Shown: piece by piece, positions 36,001-49,100 of the stretch
How the letters are laid out: each line of letters begins with the position of its first letter
Position numbering within the stretch: the first letter of the stretch is position 1
Notes under the pieces: generated by a model
The model's input: the letters and a program-made list of their open reading frames with translations, nothing else
The model's database searches: none
Told to the model about the DNA's origin: nothing
Assembly: GCF_964355755.1 (NCBI RefSeq)
Contig: NC_092670.1
Span: forward strand, 5,508,201 to 5,572,200
Source: Antedon mediterranea
Taxonomy: Eukaryota; Animalia; Echinodermata
Direction of reading: 5' to 3'
DNA: 64,000 bases
Translations under genes and position numbers: made by a program

Positions 36001-37254
36001 TAAATTATCAGACCCCTCCACATTAGATGTATTATTATTTACAACAGTACATTATCAGATCATTAGATACATTACTAGTTGCTTCAAGGTTATCATTTGA
36101 ACCATTATCATTAGTCTAGTTTACCTCAACCTCATCCAAAGTATTTTTTTCTTCCAGCGATTCTTTGGTCTTGTTTGTTAATTCCTCCAGTTTTGCCATC
36201 ATGAATTCATTCTGGCAGTGGCTAATCCATTATTGTTCAGCTTCACATGAAATGTATGTATAATTTTGCATACCCGCCTTTGCAACCTCTCAATTTATTT
36301 AGATAAGTCGTCATGTTCTGCTAGTAATGCTAGATGATCAATTTATCTGGAGACCCCTCTCTCAAAGGGGTTATGTCCTCTAAACCACTCTACAAAACCC
36401 TTAAATGTTTCAAAGTCCTTCATACAAGATTCCCACATTCTGAATGAATGGTTTTCCTGTCATTTATACCAACTCTCAAACAGTGTACGCAATCCCGCCA
36501 GATGTGACAGAGTCGACATACACAAAACATCAGTTGACCCAGTATTTTTCATGTGTCCATGAATCATTAATGTCTGTTAAATTGTCAGGTCAAACCATAA
36601 TCCTCAATACATTTTTTCTGAATATCGTGGGGTGTGGTTTAGCATCTTCAATCTTCTTATACAAAGTATGCTGATCTGTTTTTAGTTGTAACATATGTTT
36701 GTAAGTATAACCGACTGCATTTTGTATATTTTGTATGCCTTGCTGCAGCAAACGTATTTACAATTGGTAGCATTGCTCCAACTGTGGTAAGGTGCTAATC
36801 TCAGTCAACTGGGTCAGGGATGCTATTTTTAATATCATAAGTTCGCATGTTATACATTAATGCTGCATCAGTGAGGAAATGCCTTTGAGTATGCACCTCC
36901 ATATCATATATTTCATTGGTACTTGTCAATCTTTAATCGCAAGTACTTTATCTAAGCCAGATCCCTTCATTATGTTTGAGCTCTTTGGTTGTCCCGGAGT
37001 GACAATTCCTATTAACCCTATTGCATGGAACCCAAAAAGTCCATTCAATGTAATAATATCATGATCAATGTTTTCTCCAACGAACTTAACTGTCCGCTAA
37101 ATCCGGTCCATCATCACTGTTGGGATCACATCACTTTTTAGCTTTTTATAGTTGCACATTTCGCTGAATTATATCCATGTTAATGTAGTACATTTATAAA
37201 TGAAAAAACAAACTCTTTGTAAACTTTTAGGACTTTTTAGTACTATTAGGACAA

Positions 37255-38960
37255 AGACTTAAGTCATGTTATAATCCTTGTGCCACAAAGGTGGCTTAGG
37301 GGCGCGGCCAGAGTGTCTGACGGTAGCCATTGGAGTGGTAATGGCTGGTGTTGAGAATGGCTGCGTTGACTCTGTCTGCGAAGGAATTTTCTGTTGCGCA
37401 ATGTCACTCTGAGCCATCCACCTTCACAGCATATTGATCGAACTGCCGAACTTCAATCACTAAACCGGTTTTTGTTCCACTTTCTGGGTTTTGTCCAATC
37501 TGGTTTTGTATCCGAACTTTGTCACCAACACTTAATGGTGGCAAACGTTTGGTATGCTCTGACCACTGCTCCATCGACTCCATGTGTCTATTTCGTAAGG
37601 CTTCCTCTGGAGCAGGTTGGACATGGAACAATGAGCCTACAAACACCTGCCTACGTCGAGCACGAAAGGAGCGCATATTGTGGCTGCCAGTACCTCTTCT
37701 TCAGTCTTACCGGTTAGGCTTACTCCTGCAGATCTTGATAGGTCTTTTCGTATTTAGAGTATCGTTGCAGCATTCAAGTAACTGAACGACCTTGTCACGG
37801 CCTGTTATTTTTGTTGCTTCTACATAGTCTGTCCAACGTGATGTGAAGTATGACCATTCTTCGCTGGTACCAGAAGGCAAGGCCTTCTCACTTTCTGTGC
37901 ACTGTTTGTAGGCCTAGCATGTGTGTTACAATGGGCTGTGTCAGCGCAGCTAGCATCTCCAAGGTCATTTAGGTATATTTATTCATAAAAAGACATCAAA
38001 ATACAACGGCAGCCAAAAGGCTGAAAAGTAGTATTTTACAAAATTTGATAAAAATGTATAAATACATTATGTATAAAAGGTAAAACTAGTAATAATAATA
38101 ATTTACCACATTAAAATTGGTCCACCTGTAAGTTAAAATAGTGCCAGCCTATTCAATATTCATCATTAATGAGTCGGACTAAAAAAGGGACTGGTGAAGA
38201 TCTAAATCTTTCTGTACGACCAAACGGGATTTTGATTAGAGGCTTACTCGCAGACCTCATGGTTCTGCTAATGTCACGAACAGATGGAAGAATGCTTCTA
38301 AATGTATCGGACTTTATTATTCCTTTACCAAATTTCAGTAAGAGTCGGACTCTTCTGTTAACTAGCGATGGAAGGTCTGACAATTTAAGAGCGGACTCGT
38401 AGGATACATAGTTCATGCCATAAATGATTCGTAGAGCTCTTTTTTGAACTCTTTCTATTGACTTAGTTTGGTCTTTCGTAATTGAACTGTGCCACACAAA
38501 GCATGCATATTCAACTAAAGGACGTATATAGCAAGTATATACTTGTAGTAAATCTTTAGAAGGCGCCTTGGCTTTCTTAAGTATAATCAAAGTGTACAAA
38601 CGTCGACATGATTTGGCAACGATATCATGAATATGCATCTCCCATTTAAGGTTATCCTGCAAGGTGACACCAAGCAGTTTAATGTGATTTACACATTTAA
38701 GATCATGGCCATTTAGATTGAAACTGGGAGGAGGACTGGAGGTCTGGAGTTGTTTAGGCACAGCCCTCTATCGGGCATTCCACAGCAGGCATGATGGTAA
38801 GCTACTTACGATACAAATGCAAAGGGGCTCCAGAGCCAAAAAACTCTTTGTCAACTTTAACTTTAATAAACAAATAAACAAGTTTCATCAGCAAGACAAT
38901 GCTGGAGCCCAAGAGTGCGATATATTTCTATGATGTAGTTTAAGTAGTTCACAACTGTAT
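37255..38960 (-). mobile_element. Internally deleted Ty3/Gypsy (Mag-like) LTR retrotransposon
   Basis: Gag start MPAVECPIEGC (~38790) and SGTSEEWSYFTSRWTDYVEATKITGRDKVVQLLECC. These are fused to the integrase C-terminus EHTKRLPPLSVGDKVRIQNQ...VIEVRQFDQYAVKVDGS, ending PPLWHKDYNMT*. Confidence 0.8.
37974..38752 (-). mobile_element. 5'-truncated CR1/L2-group LINE inserted in the Gypsy gag
   Basis: RT C-terminal ORF (KLLGVTLQDNLKW...YTCYIRPLVEYACFVWH...IERVQKRALRII...RFRSSPVP). 3' stem-loop cagccaaaaggctg (~38010-38023). Flanking direct repeat TTTAGG at 37968-37973 and 38753-38758. Confidence 0.9.
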
Positions 38961-39899
38961 ACATTGAATGAGTGTCATATTGATGAGTACAGTATTGTCT
39001 AATTTAGCAGCCACTTTGAAGCAAACCTGTGATCTATTAAGTGCTAATTCTAAGTGAATAGACACCTTGCAGGTTGACCTAGAGGAATTAACTATATTTT
39101 GTCTCATTTCTTTTTGCATCTGATTGAGTTAAATCCAATGACGACAGAAGCTGTAAATCATTGATCATTTCAGTAATTGATAGGTGTTCCTCCTTTAAAC
39201 AATTCAGTTTAATATAAAAGTTTGATACATTTTGCCGCCGTTCTTATGATCAAACTTTTTTTTTATCAGGAGTTTGTGACTGAATAATTGTAAGATGTTC
39301 CCGTAGAATAGTCAAACTTTTATCTTTAAAACAAAATAAATAAAGTCTTCTCTCTTGGTTTGTAAATAAATGTTGTCTTTTAAGCGTTGGAGTAGCTTTC
39401 TTTTAACATACGATTTACAATAAACTTGTGTAGTGTCAGATGTAAGTTCTAACATCTTATTATGCAAGTCTTACAAAGTATACAATGTTTTCATTGATTT
39501 ACTTGCATGGAGAACCAAAGTGTATTTTTTGGGGTCTCCATTGGTCGACATTGTTTCTGAAAACCAACATACAATCTGTGTTTCATAGTCAATTAATCCG
39601 ATTTGTATGGCTGTTTTGTATTGTTATTTCAATTAATTAATTAATTAATTTACCTACTTAATATTTCGTTGGTGCAGAAGCATCCAAGTTTCCGTTGTCA
39701 ATATTCAACACGATGTCGATGGTGTTGATTTCACTGCATAAACGAGACCAAGTGTTGGTTAACCTTCTTGATCTTGGTTGTTCTCCTGGATGACGACATT
39801 CCCCGCTGTGTAGAAGTGATACACCTACATCGGATAGAATTGGTGAAGGTTGATAGAGATGTGAAGGCCGATCCCTTCCATAATTGATGTTACATTACT

Positions 39900-40950
39900 G
39901 TTTACAGGTTTCTCTAGGAACAATTCTACTGCCGTTTCCGATAAAGTGCACATTCTCCTTCACTGATTGATAAATGAAATTCTGAAGAATATTTAGAGCT
40001 GTTTGCTAGATGTGCAGTGTACTCACATTTGTAGAGCTATTGTAGGTTTTGATGTTAGTCTATAAATAAGATCGTTGAATAGCAGCATCAATGACATTGG
40101 TTCAAGTACCATTTTTCACTACTATCTGACGCTTATCATCTCACAAAATTGTGAATGGTTGTACTAATGTAGTTATGTCTGTCACTGTGTAATCCATAAC
40201 CTCATATACTGATTTGTGTGTCATTAGAGCCAGGTCAATGGTTAGTCCTCTTCTTTCCCTAAATATATAAGCTAGGATTGAGTTTTTATTAATGCTGCAT
40301 GTCAGGGATCTCTGTATTGAACTTCCAATGGTTGAATGAAGAGTTCTCTCCCATGCGTAGACTGTAGATTGATTTTTTATTGAATTACCTATACCACATC
40401 CATTCTTCACATATTTGTTTTTTTGCGATAAAATTTTGGTTTATCTGTAAATCTTTTGGTATTTTTTTAAAGGTCAACCCGTTGAAAAATGCTTGATTGT
40501 CCCACATCTGCCCGAATGTCAGTTGTAAATTTTTTTAGAATAGCCTAATTTTCTTTATCCAAAAGTGTTTGGTTCTCTGATCTGTATTCGTGCGTTCCTG
40601 TAATTATGTGTTGTTCGAGCGTACAGATCCTGACGTAGGACTTAGTGCACCCTTGTTCAGGGCAGAAAAACAAATGATCATCAGCAATTTATCATTTATC
40701 TGGTTGGTCTTGTGCACTAGCTGTGGACTTTGCTGTATAGTTTGAGAGGATACGTTTATAGTGGTCATTCTTTTCGAGTGGTCCATGCACTCAAACAGTA
40801 GGCATTGGGATTTTTGTAACGGTTTCCCATTTTCAAAAGTTACCAGGTTCAATGCTGTATGCGCTCCAAACGTTAACTCCTTGGCTGAAAATCCACAATA
40901 TTTAGTTAATAATTTATGCCATCCTTCTTTCAAGGTTTTGCCACATTTCA
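39900..40950 (-). mobile_element. Helitron Rep/PIF1-helicase remnant
   Basis: RTLHST...TCSINKNSILAYIFRE...IDLALMTHKSVYEVMDYTVTDIT...QPF resembles the Helitron helicase GRTAHS...IWDEAPMTHK...DRTLRDI...PFGG segment. Confidence 0.6.
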
Positions 40951-41039
40951 GAGAGAGTAGTTACAAAACTAAAGTTCTGCCCTTCGAACACTAATGCATT
41001 TTTCATTGAGCACGATCGTCTATGTCCTGACCTTTGTTG

Positions 41040-41620
41040 GAATCAATTCGCATTAATTTTTTTTATTTTTATATGAGTGCAGTGGCCGCACAGTGGTAGC
41101 AGCCAATATTTTCTTGCCAAAAATATATGTTTTAGACATGAAACTACATCTTTCATCATTGCTGTTAATGCATCGCTGTTCTGGGCTTGTGTTTGAAACA
41201 AACGTAATCGAATTGCAACAGAAATGTGACATGACATTCCTCTTCTTCCAAACCAGTCTGCTTGTGATTCTCGGGGTTTTATCGGCAAAAACTTCATTGC
41301 CCATTCCTGAATTATTTTCGTGAATCATTTGCAGTACGTGTTGTCTGTCATCTTGATTTAAGCATCTCAACTAATTTCCACAATAAAATATCGTTGTGTT
41401 CCTTGTCTATAGTTAGTTGTATTTCCTCGAATTCATCACCATTCATATATTCACACATGATGCACCTGGGACTTTAGTTCTTCTACAATGTCCTCTGGAA
41501 TGTCACAATTCTCACACATGGCACCCTGTGATCACAAGGTTCCGTACATGCTGTCCCAATTTCATGACGCATACTGGCGACAGTGGTCAGGAACTGTCGA
41601 CGATTTAGAAATATAGATTT
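41040..41620 (-). mobile_element. Sola3-like DNA transposase remnant
   Basis: SSTVPDHCRQYA...CDH...CENCD and MKFLPIKPRESQADWFGRRGMSCHISVA, matching the WAMKFLP..RESQ.DWFGKRG.SWH motif. Confidence 0.65.
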
Positions 41621-42599
41621 GTTTAATAAAATGCCTTGAAACTGTGGTAATACAGTAATAAAAAATAATGATGAAACTTTCCTCAGTACATACAGAATTA
41701 TGAAAGTTATTTCGAAAGTCTTTAATAGATAATATTCCCAGCACTTGTAATGTGTAATATTTCTAGCACTTTCAATCTATACAAATAAGATTTTCTAACA
41801 TACTATCCTTGTTGCTTTTCTTTGTATACTTTCTATTCTATTATATATTTATTGTTAGATCTCAAAATGTATTTTAAGTGGAGAAAGGCACTCTCTCCAT
41901 GACGGTTGTCACACAGTGTTTTGTATTTCTTTGTCTTTTTTTTTATTGTATTTATATGTTTCATATGGACAGTTTGTCTGAAATAAAGTTGAATTGAATT
42001 GAATATGAGACTTCTCAAATTGTGCCCACATTGAAGTTTAGGATAGCTAATCAAGACATATTGTTACTACATTTTGAATCTGCTTGCTTTACAACATATA
42101 TAATTAACTTGAGTATGACACAATAACAAACTATTTGCATACACCTATAAATTCTGTAACTTCAGGAATATTCTGATTCTATAGTATAATCCCAATTTGT
42201 GACCGTTTGACCCCGACTAACACACACAAATTAGCCCAAGGTTAAAATACCAATTGTGTATGAAATATTTTTATTCAATGAAAAATTTATACTAGGCATT
42301 CTTTCGTTCCTCTGCAGTAATACCGTATATTTTAGTTGTCACGGTAGGAAAAAGCATAAACTCTGATAGAGTATAGCAATAAAAATCATAACTACTACAG
42401 TATACAATTCACCTCTGAACATCTTATCTCATGGTGCCGTAATCATGGATAAAAAACATGGTAGAACACAAACATTGAGAATCATAAACATATTAAAATT
42501 ACATATAAAAGAAATAAACTGTACTCTTATGCAACTTTTATTCTAAATTAAGATAACATTTCTCTTGCCTTAATTTAACTTAACTACGATTGTTCCCTT

Positions 42600-43400
42600 T
42601 AACCTATCGGCGCGTTTATAATTTTAACCTAAACACTCGTGCGAGGCAGCCATATGCTGAACCTCTGGAACCATATACACCATTTCCCACTTCTACTTTA
42701 CCACTCGGCAAGGCAACCATCTGTTGAACCTCTCGATCTATCCTTAGTAAGCCGTAGTAGGGACAGTCACATGTTGGACCCCTGTGTTATGTGTTCCTTC
42801 TAACCCATTTCTCCGCCACATCCTGGGACGCCGCCCCAGTGAACGGACCTGCAATACAGCCGAGTTCCCATCACATGAAATGTATTCAGTGATCGCCTGT
42901 GTATGTTCAAATGCACGTTTATGATTCGTGGACCTGTGAGACCGCGGCGGCACCTTACAACCAATTCTAAAACCTTCTCGAAAACCTTTGCACACCTTGT
43001 CTCCTATCCATGGTGGTGAACCCTGTAGGTACTTCAGTAATTTCGAAACTATTACCGGCGTTGGTAACTGACCGTCCCTTTCTATTAGTCAATTCTGTCC
43101 TGGCCTCGATTCGATACTGTTGGTATCCTTTGCCGCCAGCAGCCCGACACATTTTCGCTCTACTTCTTTATGCGCGCCATGGCAAACTTTGCAGATATTT
43201 TCCAATCTACATCACGACTGGTGTACCGAAAAGCAATGCGCAAACAACTCATGTCAGTGTAATGCGATGCTTCTCTTCATCTTCGGAGAGGACATCCGGT
43301 AAAATACTTAACAACCTTACGAGGTCATCGGTCGCAAATTTGTCTCTCCTGTTGCCCAGAGAAACCCATTTTATGACAAATCTTTGATTCTATTTCCATT
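42600..43400 (-). mobile_element. DIRS/Ngaro-like tyrosine-recombinase retrotransposon remnant
   Basis: Zinc-knuckle-like ICKVCHGAH, followed by the RT N-terminal GFREGFRIG...RSTNHKRAFEHTQAITEYI typical of Ngaro/DIRS pol. Confidence 0.6.
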
Positions 43401-45241
43401 GATGATAATCTGCTAACTTTTTGTTCACTCGAGTTGTCAACCAAAACCCCAGTAATAACTTGACCGTGTACATACTTTTCAAATAATATTAAATAAAAAA
43501 ATTGGTGAAGCTTTTACAATCAATTATATTAATATTTCAATGAAAGTGAAAGCATAACGTAAGTCACAATACATTTTAAAATAATTTAAACAAAATCCCA
43601 CATGACATTCGATTCTTCTTAAAAATACACTTTCTGAAAATATTCCATATCTGTTATCACAGCAGGTGTTTCTTCTTCTTTGTGGTGGTGTGAAAAGAGA
43701 ACGCACAATTTGTCACAGTTGCGAAATCCGAATGCATCACAGCATAAATTCACGTGACACACCTTGGCACAGTGGATGTAGGATAGAACGTCTTCGCTTT
43801 GAAAGATATCACCACCAATACCTTTTATAGCTGATGACCTGATTTTCTTGAATACGTTGCCTAAAGAGTAAACTAAAACATAACAAACAACAAATAAATA
43901 TTAATTCTATCGTTGGCAAAGTAAAAAATGTGTATATATAAGTCAATCGAACTATTGCTTTCCATATAAAAGAATTTTACAGACATACAATTATGATTAT
44001 TCATGTCATAACGTGAATTGAAAGATGTACAAAATGAATATTACCATATGGCCGGTCCCTTGCCGCCTTTATTTCCGATTCATTTAGTACTCGATTATAA
44101 ATCTGGAGAGCAGCTACTCTTGCCTTAACGCCCTCACCACCAATCTTTATATTCGTTTCGTCAGAAGCCAACTGCATTTGTATGAAATCTATATAACCAA
44201 TACTTGCAATCTCTCCATTCCTCCAAAGTTTGACATTCTTGTGAATTCCATCAAATGTCAAAGCAAGAAATGTCCAGACTTCAGGCTGCAGGACATGAGC
44301 TCTTGTCAACTGTTGATCATTGAAGAATACGGTTACTTCTGATTGATACAGAATACCATTTGTATATGTTTGTTCCATTCGTAGTCGTGTTCCATCGTTT
44401 CCAAATCCTACTATATCTCCCATAGAGTTCTGGTACGGGTAGATATAGAAAGCGATCGTCAGAGCTTGTGTATTGTGAAGCATGACATTGATCACTGATA
44501 CTGTTAGATCAATTGATTGTTCAATTGTACATTGTATGTCTTCATCAGACAAATACACGTCAGTCTTGTAAATATATTTCAACAAACACCAGTAGTTCAA
44601 CATCCATACTTTAACAGGATTTAGATTACCTCGGAATTCTTCTGTAAAAGGAGTAATTTTTTTATTGTATCTCCGTGTTGGAAAGGACTCAAACCAGGAT
44701 ACCACCAGTATATTATTTGGTCAAAAAGAATTCGTTCAAACATTTTAGAGATGCATGGAAGCGAGGAAACATGTCGTTAGTTGGTAATTTGGTTATGTGA
44801 TTCCCTATAAAACAAACAATGGCATGCTTCCATACATCAGGACATTATCCGGTAGAAATAGAAATGTTTATATATTTTGATTTCAGTTTATTTATAGAGT
44901 TAATTAAGAACACTATCCAAAAATATGTATTTTTAATTTCAAAGAATATGGTGTTGTTATTATGGGTAATTACTATACAGATATTGCCTGCTTAGAGGTT
45001 AAATATAAGATTTGACATCCTCAAGGGATGATATTATGTTCGAGGGAATATAATATATTTCCCGAAGCGCCAGCTGAGGGAAATATATAGTTCCCCGAGA
45101 ACATAATATCATTCCTGATGGATGTCAAATCTTATATTTTACCGATAAAAAGGCAATATCTGTTATATTACATAGCCAACAACAAGTAGAATATCTGCTG
45201 GGTCGGGTAGCTAGGCTAGCTAGCCTCCTTTTTGTCTTGTA

Positions 45242-46150
45242 TGTTATTACTGTCGAGGGTCCAGAGAAATATATGAGTCGAGAATCGAAATATCACACGG
45301 TTATATGCTTCCTTTAAGTCTTTATTTACCAATACTGTGATAGAGTTGATTAACTGTGAAACAATAAAAATGACATAATAGTATGGTTAGCTATTATTTA
45401 TAAAATTCTTGGTTCTTAATTTAAAACTGGTTTAACATGACCTATTTAAACAATTGACAGAATGATAATATTAACATTGATCCATCAGCAACAACTGCAA
45501 TTAATACATACAGTCTTCTATAATAATGCATAATTGGTGTCCAGTATTAATATTACTATTATAATAATTATGAGCATAAATATCAGCTATTCAAACAACA
45601 ATTTAACCAAACAAGGCCAATAGCCATTAAGTCGCGTGCTACAATGCATAGTGATACCGGACCGACAGACCGACAGACAGACAGACCGACCGACCAACCG
45701 ACCGACATAGTGAACTATAGAGTCGCTTCCACGCGACTAAAAACAAGCATATATACTGTTATGCTTTCATAGAAGCAACAGGTATCTCACTTATGAGATG
45801 GTCCCTGAAAAAGTTAAAACAAAGTTATCTTGGCCTAGCCTACCGAAAGTACCAGCCATAAATAACGTCTCAAATAACACAACAAAATGACTATATTCGA
45901 TAAGAGAATTAACCTTACCGAATTCTGTAAACTTTCCCTGGCTTATGGTTCAGTAATTTATACAAAAACTTTCTAAAATCTCTCTCTATTTATCTCTTAT
46001 AATCTCCAACTAACTTCTTAAATCCTGTCTTCTTTCCTTTTCACACAAAAAAGCATGTTACCATGCAACCTCCTCATATTACAATAGGTTGCCACAGAAA
46101 ACCAAATATTTTGCCCAATATTAATTAAACTAGAAGCAATGGCTTCTACA
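45242..46150 (-). repeat. 3' LTR of the BEL element (contains a ~130-bp insertion)
   Basis: Direct repeat of 51058-51855 with about ten substitutions and a few indels by eye. Confidence 0.95.
45612..45740 (-). mobile_element. HINE/DINE-1-like (Helentron-associated) element inserted in the 3' LTR
   Basis: Absent from the other LTR and inserted in an A/T run. Has the agtcgcgt...gcgact hairpin, (GTCG/GTCT)n microsatellite and subterminal acgcgact. A relative lies at ~54611-54735. Confidence 0.75.
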
Positions 46151-49100
46151 TTCCGGCCCCTTAATAGTTTACTAATTTAAACTATTACTAAACTACTACA
46201 AAATCTACTAAAGAACTGAATCGGTCATTCCAAAATGGTATAAGTTTCAACTAACATATCACAATACTAATCAATTTTCTCAGATTCTAAGAGTAAACAT
46301 AATTTAGCTACAGGTCTTTCGATTACTGATGATTTAGTCTTAACAACACATTATCTAACAAAGTTCTTTGCATCTCTTCGTGGCTTCCTCTCATTGCGCG
46401 GGCAATCAAACCATTATTTCCTGTTTTAAGTGCAAGGATCTCCTCTTTGAAGTATTTTTGCTGCTCATGATTGATTATTTCTTTCTCTGCAACCTGAAGT
46501 TGTAGCAAGTTTAGACTGTGATTAAGTGGTCCGTTCCACTTCTCTATTTCTGCCATAACCTTCTCGGGTTTTTCTTTAGAGTCAGGTTCGTTTTCATATT
46601 TCTTCTCTACAGATTTCCTGAATAATACCTTTTGCTGTAGTCTCCCTTTTATAGCCAACAGCCATGCTACAGCACGTTTCAGCTTTCGGAAACTTGAGTA
46701 CATTTCAACTAATCGGCACAATGCAGATTGCGTTTCATTTAAAACTGCTGCATGAGCCTGTCCTTTTACCTCTGGATCGTCAAGTGGTATCACATTTAAA
46801 GCTGGTGATTCTTGCCACTTCTCCCATTCTACGGAAGATTTCTGTAGAAACTCAGGACCATGAGTCCATCTATCATTTTTTAGAAACTCATCGATTTTCA
46901 TTCCACGTGGTGCTTCATCAGCCGGATTATTAGCACTGCGTACATATTTCCATTGTGTAGGGCTCGAGGCATCAAGTATTGCAGTCACTCTATTTGCTAC
47001 GAATGTCTTAAATCGTGCGGTGGTATTGTTTAGGTAGCGCAGAACAGTTTGACTATCTGTCCAATAAACGGTCTCATCTACTCCATCTAATTTATCTAGC
47101 AACATCTTAGTTACACGAACAGCCATGGTTGCAGCAGTGAGCTCTAGTCTTGGTACAGTAACATGTTTTAAAGGAGTAACTCGGCTTCTGGCTAACACTA
47201 GCGAAAATCTAGCTTTACCTTGTTTGTCCTCATATCTCATATATGCTGCCATTCCGTATCCTTTCTCACTTGCGTCAGAGAATACATGAAGCTGACGTGA
47301 AGCTATTTCTCCAAGACCTTTACTTATGTAACATCTAGGCATGTTCCATTCTTGTAGCCGTTTTAGCTCATCAAACCATTGTTGCCTCCATCCGGAACCC
47401 TTACGACATAATTCTTGTATAATCAGTTTAGCAGGAAGGACGAAAGGTGAGACTAATCCTAGCGGATCGAAAACAGAACTTATCACAGAAAGCAGTCCGC
47501 GGCGTGTAGGTGGTTTATCAGGTAACTTAATGTCAAAGCCCAACTTATCGGTTTCTGCTGACCAACATACACCCAGTGCTCTTTCGCTTGGTAACTCTGC
47601 ATTATCTAAATCCAGTGTCGTAAATTCAGGTGCTCGTTCATTGATTGGGATTGACTCCAATACAGCTCTACTATTACTGATCCATTTGGTCAGCCTAAAT
47701 CCTCTTTCTGCGCATAATTCTCTTAGACCTTTGGCTAGTTCCATTCCCTTTGCTTCAGTCTCAACTGATACCAAGCAATCATCTACATGAAAGTTTCTTT
47801 TTATGGCTGTCACCACCTCTTGAGGATATCTTTCACCTACATCTGTAGCTGTTCTCTGCAGAGCAAGATTCGCACATGACGGCGAAGAAGTCGCTCCAAA
47901 TAGATGGCAAGTCATTCTATATATGCTGGGTTCATTCTCCATATTACCGTCTTCCCACCAGAGGAATCTCATAAAATCCCGATCATGTTCAGGAACTTTA
48001 ACCTGTAGAAACATACCTTCTACATCGGACATAAGAGCTATTTCATTTTGAAGGAACCTTACTAGAACTCCAATTAAACTATTTGTAAGATCCGGGCCTT
48101 GTAGTAGCACATCGTTCAATGCAATTCCTTGGTACTTTGCCGCACAGTCGAAGACGACACGTATCTTATTTGGCTTATTTGGGTTGTACACTCCATGATA
48201 AGGAATATACCAAGTTCTCCCATAATTGATGTTATCTTTCACGACCTTTTCGGCATGTCCCTGTCTTATCTGCTTTTCCATAAACGCAATGTAGTCCTCT
48301 TTAAACTTTTGGTTTCTCTCCATTTTCCTTTTTAACGACAGCAGTCTTTGGTCCGCCATTGCACGATTATTCGGCATTATCTGTTTTCTGTCCTTAAAGG
48401 GAAGAGCTGTCTCGTAGTGGCCATTCCTAAATCCCATTGTCTCGTTTGCTATTTTCAAAAATTTAAGGTCATCTTGTGAGTGTTCTTGTTGCTCTTCCTT
48501 ATCCCTTTCTGGAAAGTCAATGCTAATGGCTTTCTCCACAGTGCGATTAAGCTTATTAATTTCTTCCCGTTCTTCAATTGCCGTTATTTCTAGACGGTTG
48601 GCGGGACAACTCTCATTCTTGTATTCTTCACCTTGGTTCTTTCTCACAACATTCCACGGAATCCAACCCAAAGCTGTTTTCGAAGCATAGGGGCTCCCAG
48701 GAGGCCCAGTGATGATTTGTAGAGGCGTATAGGCTTCTGCTACTGCATTACCGATTAGGAGCCCTATATCGGCATCAATGGATGGAAGCTCTATTTCTTT
48801 CATATGCGACCATTGAGCTATGTCTTCCATTCTTGGTATGTGAGCCTTTGTAACAGGCATGCCATCTTTGGTGTATACACTAGGTAACGTTATTGAGTTT
48901 TCTCCTTTAAGATCACATATCTCAAGTCCATTGACAATGCTGGTGTCTAGCAAACATGGTAAACAAACCCATGGTATCAAGCGTGATTCTTGCCTTTCGG
49001 CCTCCAAGACCCAATTGTTCCTTTAACCTTTCAGAACAAAATGAAACACTACTACCAGGGTCTAGAAATGCGTAAGTCTCATTAGCCAATCCATTCTTCC

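Larger units (their letters stand above)
36250..39600 (-). mobile_element. Academ-like DNA transposon remnant, split by a Gypsy insertion
   Basis: N-terminal part at ~39100-39600 (LHNKMLEL...VYCKSYVKRKLLQR...CFKDK...IIRTAAKCIK). Core at ~36250-37150 (IMKGSGLDKVL, HLTTVGAML...FAAARHTKYTKCSRLYLQ, GLWFDLTI, EWFRGHNPF). Confidence 0.65.

Noticed and set aside
38820-38915. Inverted repeat gggctccag/ctggagccc and a CTGATGA motif suggesting a hammerhead ribozyme or self-priming
   Set aside because: The hammerhead stems could not be built. The repeat lies within the probable Gypsy LTR, followed by a degenerate tRNA-Met-like PBS.
45660-45710. GACC/GACA short repeats resembling an array
   Set aside because: A tetranucleotide microsatellite inside a HINE-like element, with no repeat-spacer structure. 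No CRISPR array was seen anywhere in the window.
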